This document shows, one piece after another, positions 56,773 through 64,000 of a stretch of 64,000 bases of DNA (the stretch's first letter is position 1; each line of letters opens with the position of its first letter). The notes beneath the pieces are model-generated. The model saw only the letters and a program-made list of their open reading frames with translations. It was not told where the DNA came from and did no database searches. The translations under genes and the position numbers were made by a program. The stretch is from Octopus vulgaris (lineage: Eukaryota): contig OX597835.1 of the NCBI GenBank assembly GCA_951406725.2, positions 44,826,001 through 44,890,000 on the forward strand, given 5' to 3'.

Positions 56773-57000
56773 CCATATATGAATATATGTATACATACAG
56801 TCATAAATAGGCAGAAATATACTTATGTACATGTGCATATATATAAACATATATACCCGTACATATTCTCGTGGCAGCAACATAGAAACATATTATGCTT
56901 AAGTATACGTTTACGATCACATACTAATGCACATAAACAAACGATCCTATACATACACAAGAGCAGAGACATCCCAAAACATCGATAGACATAAACACAT

Positions 57001-57070
57001 AATTGTATACACATAATTGTATACACATAATTGTATACACATAATTGTATACACATAATTGTATACACAT
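57001..57070. repeat. 14 bp minisatellite x5 (AATTGTATACACAT)
   Basis: Five perfect units counted. Confidence 0.95.
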
Positions 57071-57155
57071 ACACACACTTAAACACATATACGTTATCGT
57101 TTATTCACAAAACACATATGAAACTGGAACGCTACAAATTTAAAATATATCCATA

Positions 57156-58008
57156 TATGATGTACTCAAAAGTAACCGGAAACGCTGTCTGTAGGTGAAG
57201 CCTGTTGTTGTTGTTCGGACTTCCAAAGCTAGAAGACACATTGATGCGACTATCAGGCACGTGTCTGCCGATCGGAGTCTTCAGTTAAGGTCGCATTGCA
57301 ACCTGGTGCGTTCTTGTTTTGCAGCGCTTCTACTCTATCCCTCGCTGTTCTGAAACAATTGTCATGCTTGAAACAGCTTAGAAGGACGCTTCTATGAGCA
57401 AAACACAAGTTTACGAGGGGTTCCCATGCTTTGGGAGTGGCCACTTGTCCCTTGAATAACAATCTCGTTTTGCACGACCGTCCATTTTCCGGAGGAAATA
57501 AAACATCATGCATATTCGTGACCTGATCTTGGAGTACAGTCACAGAACAATTGACAAGCATGTTGATATGGCTGCTGTGTCCTGGAACTCCTACCAACGA
57601 ATTTTGTGCGAGGAATTGCGAATGAAAAATGATGCATCAAAATTTGCTCCTCGTTTGCTGAAGAGAGGTTGGAAGCAATCACGACTGAATGCGTGTCATG
57701 AACTGAAAGACCATTTGGAAGTTGATCAGGACCTGTTTTCTAAAGTCCTCATTGGTCACGAATGCTGGCGCTATGGAATTTGCAGATGCGGAAAAGGTGA
57801 AGAAAAAAATTTTAAAAAACGACGGCAGGTGTTAAAAGGTATCATTTAGCAAGAATTCCAGGAGTGCTTTGAACAGTGGAGAATGAGCCTGGACGGATGC
57901 TCTCTGCTTGAAATGGAGAACACTTTGACGGCGATAAAAGTGTAAACATTTATACTAAGTTGATAAAATAATACTGCAAAATTCCAGTTTTCTTTTTGGT
58001 ACCCCATA
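57156..58008 (+). mobile_element. Internally deleted mariner element
   Basis: ORF 57508-57849 QRILCEELRMK..ASKFAPRLL..QSRLNACHEL..DQDLFSKVLIGHECWRYG (WVPHEL-like and GDExW motifs), C-terminal FQECFEQW; imperfect TIRs GTACTCAAAAGTAACCGGAA / TTCCAGTTTTCTTTTTGGTAC flanked by TA. Confidence 0.85.
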
Positions 58009-58082
58009 TATATATATATTATTATGTATACATTATATATATAATAATATATATATATTATATATATATTATTATATTATTG

Positions 58083-58405
58083 TTCAGAAAGTCTCTCCGC
58101 AGTGAATTTTTCCATCCTGCGTGGATGGCCGGGTGTCAGCCATTGTCCATCATAAATTGTGTACCCTTCACCGTGTTGACATGCTAACCATTGAAGAAGG
58201 TATGTTTTTAGTTTAGAGGATGTTTCGAGCTGGAAACAAATGCACAGATACCATGAAACAGAAGTTCAGCGAAACTCTTCCAAATACTTCCAAATACACG
58301 TCGCGACACTGTACGAGATTTGATAAGAAAATGTAGAAACACAGGCTCAGTGGAAGACGCAGCAAGAGGCAATAGGGCTGCCGTACTTTTAGACGAAACA
58401 ATCAG
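58083..58405 (+). mobile_element. Tc1/mariner (DUF4817-type) 5' fragment
   Basis: MLTIEEGMFLV..QKFSETLP..TVRDLIRKCRNTGSVEDAARGNR matches the KFxxTGSVxDxxRSGRP HTH signature. Confidence 0.7.
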
Positions 58406-58875
58406 CATTCATATTTAACTCTATTGCAATCATCTTTGTATTCGATTTACATTTCTTTATCATGTCTTGTTCTACAAGATTTTAGAGGTTTTGTTTAACA
58501 GAAAATTGAAACTTCCGCTATAAAATTTTAAAACAAAACGGGTTAAGGTAAACGACAAATCTTTCAGCGTGTAATTATTCAATATGATGTGGTATCGCAT
58601 GCAGATATTAATATGGATTTTAGACTACCGCATAAATAAACAGGTTTTAAAATTCAATGTGTATACCCATTCTTTTCATCTTTTAGATGTTTCATAGAGT
58701 ACATGAACGAAATAAGCAAAACAGTGATAAGTAACAAATAATCAGGTAATGTTAATGAGTCATAGGCAAGACAGCGTTATTAAATGCTATAAACAATCTC
58801 TCATACTTCATTTCACTTTACACACACGCTCACACACACATACACACATACTCACACTGCTATACACACATACAG

Positions 58876-58917
<42 letters not shown>

Positions 58918-58971
58918 ATATAAAATATTAGAAAAAAATTATAATATATATATATGTATATGTATGTATAT

Positions 58972-59019
<48 letters not shown>

Positions 59020-59035
59020 TACGTATGTGTGTATG

Positions 59036-59066
<31 letters not shown>

Positions 59067-59533
59067 GTGTGTGTTTGTATTACGTATGTGTGTATGTGTG
59101 TATGGGTGCAGAAAATATGGCAGCTTTGAATGACCGAATAATCGATACTCAGATATTCAAATATTCGATCGACAAGCCATCAACATATCATTCGAAGCAA
59201 GGCTGTCTCTGAATTAAGAATGGGTCAGATGGCTAGCATTAAATTACTTCAGTGTGTATATTTAATAGAGATTTAGTCCAGAATACTTGGGGGATTGCGA
59301 AAATACATCACACGTGAAATATTTGAATATTAGCCAAATTGATCTGGAATAATCCCACGATTTGTTACAAAACACAGGTATTACAGATGATCAATAGCCG
59401 TTACGTACCTAAGGGAGTGACACGCGCGTTTGATATGACGCGTAAAAGTGCACTAGCACGTGACACTCATTACTCATGTTTAAATGAAAAAAAGAATGAA
59501 AATTTACCTTGTAGCAATGACACACTGAAAAAT

Positions 59534-59686
<153 letters not shown>

Positions 59687-60070
59687 CCTTTACATATACA
59701 TATACCTTTACATATACATATACATATATATACATACATATATACGTACACAGATATATATATATATATATATATGATGAAATACAGATTTTTGACAATG
59801 ATATTTAGTCTGTCGATTGGTAGACTGTAATACATTGCTGGGTAACTGAGTAGTGCTGGGAGCCTGGTGTATTTCCTTTGATGTCTCAATTATAAGCAAG
59901 TAGCGACACAAGTTAATAGCTTCATCTATAATCTACTGATAATAGATAAGTTGCAGTGACTAGCATGAATAAATTCAATCAGAAATCAATAACCCACGTG
60001 GGCAAATACCAATACTGAGACTTGTATACACATAAACAAGTGTATAGATACATAGAAGAATCTACAGGTG

Positions 60071-60101
<31 letters not shown>

Positions 60102-60124
60102 CACATATATATATATATATACAT

Positions 60125-60198
<74 letters not shown>

Positions 60199-60205
60199 TA
60201 TATAC

Positions 60206-60257
<52 letters not shown>

Positions 60258-60607
60258 ATACATATATACATTCGTATATATATATATATATGTGGATATA
60301 TGCATATGCGCAAGAATTTGTATAGGTAAATGTATGTGCTTCTGTTTATACGTACATACACAAGTATACGTATCAAAGTATATATATATATATATGCATG
60401 TGTATTTCTATATACATGCATGTGTGCGTGCATGTATATACATCCGTTCATACATGCATGCGCACACACACCTATACAGACACTTAGATATACACGCACA
60501 TACATTTATGTGATGTAAATAAAAAGCATTGAAAATCACTCATAAAACCACGTCATGCATGGCTGTGCTTACCAGTGAGGATAACGCCACCAATGGTGAA
60601 TTTTATC

Positions 60608-60668
<61 letters not shown>

Positions 60669-61129
60669 TATATATGTATGTATATATATGTAAACTTTTA
60701 CTTTCACTTTCCGTCGCTTGCTAGACCGTATTGTTATGTATGGCAGCTATCACCATTTATTTAATGTGATAACAGCTTGGTGTTGGTTGTTTCTACTTGG
60801 AGATTATGTGTTGTGTTTAATAAATCATTAACATGTTGTTTTTTTTTCTCTAAAAAGAAATTTGATTTAATAAAATAAATATGTGCCTCGACACGTCATT
60901 TTAATTAAGATATTATGTTGCGGAAGGACAATGGAAAACATAAGGAAGAAGGGGCGTGGAAAGGAATATGTTGTAAAAATAACGTGTGATGTAAACTGGA
61001 TGAGATTAAAGGGGAGTGGACATGGTCCTGAATGCTTATTGAAAGCAGAAAGGTGAAGATCAGTTACATAATTGGTAAACATAGAGTTCGTTCTCTGTAA
61101 TAACTTTCTTTAATAAAATGCGCAGCTCG

Positions 61130-61360
61130 GAGATTATGGAGACTCAATGTGGCGTCAGTTCCTCACACTGAGATGTCATAACTCCACGACTTCGGACATG
61201 TACCTGGAATGTCACTATAAAATATCTCAGATCTGATCCTTCAAGTAAAACCAACTGGAAGAGACCTCGCACAGTAGACAAAGCACTAGACAGTTGCATC
61301 AGATCCTTGGTGTTAGATTTTGACGCTTGGTAAACCATCTGGGTATACGCATGACTGTGC
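61130..61360 (+). mobile_element. Degraded RTE-like LINE 3' end
   Basis: FGHVPGM and NWKRPR peptide words in the expected order. Confidence 0.4.
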
Positions 61361-61621
61361 TTCTAATACAATCTTGTGAATGAGTTATCTTAAGACTTTG
61401 CCCTCGCTATTCTTCGTGGAATTAAAGGCAGTGAAAATTTATGGATTGAAATTATTGAGTCCAAATGTTTCATAAAAAATTTCTGTAACTAAGATAGTTA
61501 CCCTGGATTTCCATGTCACTTATCCTAATGTTTGCTGTCATTCCATGAACAAAGAGATCCACCTGTATCCTACATAAGATATCAGTTGTCTTTGCAGCAA
61601 ACTGAGAAATGCATATATATG

Positions 61622-61671
<50 letters not shown>

Positions 61672-61674
<3 letters not shown>

Positions 61675-61970
61675 AGGCGCAATGGCCCAGTGGTTAGAGC
61701 AGCGGATTCGCGGTCTTAGGATTGCGGTTTCGATTCCCAGACCGGGCGTTGTGAGTGCTTATTGAGCGAAAACACCTAAATCTCCATGAGGCTCCGGCAG
61801 GGGATGGTGGTGATCCCTGCTGTACTCTTTCGCCACAACTTTCTCTCACTCTTTCTTCTGTTGGCCTGCTCGCCTAGCCAGCGGGGTGGCGTCATTTGGA
61901 GGCTAAAACAATGCGAAGCGCATTGTGACCAGCGATGTGTAGCAACATCCAATGGCCTGGTCGGTCATGT

Positions 61971-61973
<3 letters not shown>
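61672..61973 (+). mobile_element. tRNA(Arg)-like SINE, family B
   Basis: A-box TGGCCCAGTGG, anticodon-like TCG, B-box GTTTCGATTCC; homolog at 18358-18666. Confidence 0.9.
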
Positions 61974-62045
<72 letters not shown>

Positions 62046-62363
62046 TATATCCCGAGTCAGGAGAGCTGGTATTAGACACAAAATATGATACTTGGATAAT
62101 ATCCTTACTCTCTTAGGAATCTCGTGCGTCCAAGGATGAATTATTCAAACTCAACAGAAACCTGCTCAATAGATGGCTTTGACATTCCACCACATCTCAT
62201 GTTGTACATATGCTACTAAAGAGTTAAGCTAAAGCAACTGACAAGCAATTTTGTGGTACTGGGCAGAATATTTGCTGTAGGCCATTTTTTGTACAGCAGA
62301 ACGTAATATGTAAATATTCGCACGTTGATTCAGTTAAGGAACTGTCTAGCATTGCATCATGGC

Positions 62364-63360
<997 letters not shown>

Positions 63361-64000
63361 TCTCTTTATAACGGGTTTTGTTGGAACGCCTGCAGTCTGA
63401 CATGCGTAGCCGTCTAGCTATCCGCAGCCTACAGTACCATGCTCTTTGTTCTTTTCAGGTACTTAATACTTTCCTGATTATTCTGTCCGTGCCAAGGAGG
63501 CAAATCTTTTGTAACTGTTATACTGGGCACTCTATTGCAATTCCCTTTATATTCCTCTTTATTCCTTCTGCTACTGTTCCCAAAGACACAACAATAATTG
63601 ACACTATGTTCACCTTCTTCATTTTCCATAGCCGGGCGATTTCGTACTTAAGAGGGTTGTATCTATCTATCTTTTTGCCTTCCTTCTTGACTATTCGTGG
63701 GTCAAAGGGACATGCATCATCAACTATATAGCATCGATGGTGCACCTATGTCCACCACCACGAGGTCCGATCTGTTATGCTCTGGCACCTGTTCTGTTTG
63801 TTTTGGGAAATCCTAGAGGATTTTGCGAGTCTCCGATTCCACCACACTCTGCGGTTTGTGATCATACCACGTCTTGCATCTCACTAGCCACCACTTTTCG
63901 CACAGTTTCCAATGTAGCACTTTCGCTATCCGATGGTGTCGCCACACCATGTAATGGTTTTGGGGCAAGTCAAGAGCATTTTGTCGTGATATGGTCAAAG
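63361..64000 (-). mobile_element. Second R4/Dong-clade LINE 3' part (different subfamily), runs off the window
   Basis: RHHRIAKVLHWKLCEK..WYDHKPQSVVE..KIL, DDACPFD..KIDRYNPLKYEIARLW..IIVVSLGTV, CLLGTARIIRKVL; frameshifted. Confidence 0.9.

Noticed and set aside
61672-61745. tRNA-Arg gene
   Set aside because: It is the head of a SINE and continues into a shared body seen in a second copy; the same applies to the other tRNA-like heads.

Overview
AT-rich eukaryotic non-coding DNA saturated with microsatellites. The SINE families and repeat landscape suggest an octopus/cephalopod intron or intergenic region (inference). No host protein-coding exon could be supported, and almost all ORFs in the track are (TA)n/(CA)n/(TATC)n artefacts. 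The window is a layered graveyard of mobile DNA: four tRNA-derived SINE families, RTE and R4/Dong LINE fragments, a near full-length decayed hATm-like transposon with TIRs, mariner/Tc1 and hAT relics, and a non-autonomous Helitron nested in an R4 LINE. The most notable signal is a set of about 10 hammerhead-ribozyme (HHR) motifs in short Penelope-like/retrozyme-like islands. Several are structurally intact minimal type I hammerheads whose core 3:8 pair is not the canonical C3:G8 but G3:C8, A3:U8, U3:A8 or a wobble, so all four Watson-Crick combinations occur within 64 kb. Others have a roughly 90-100 nt helix II insertion and sit in inverted-repeat pairs. All structures were folded by eye.
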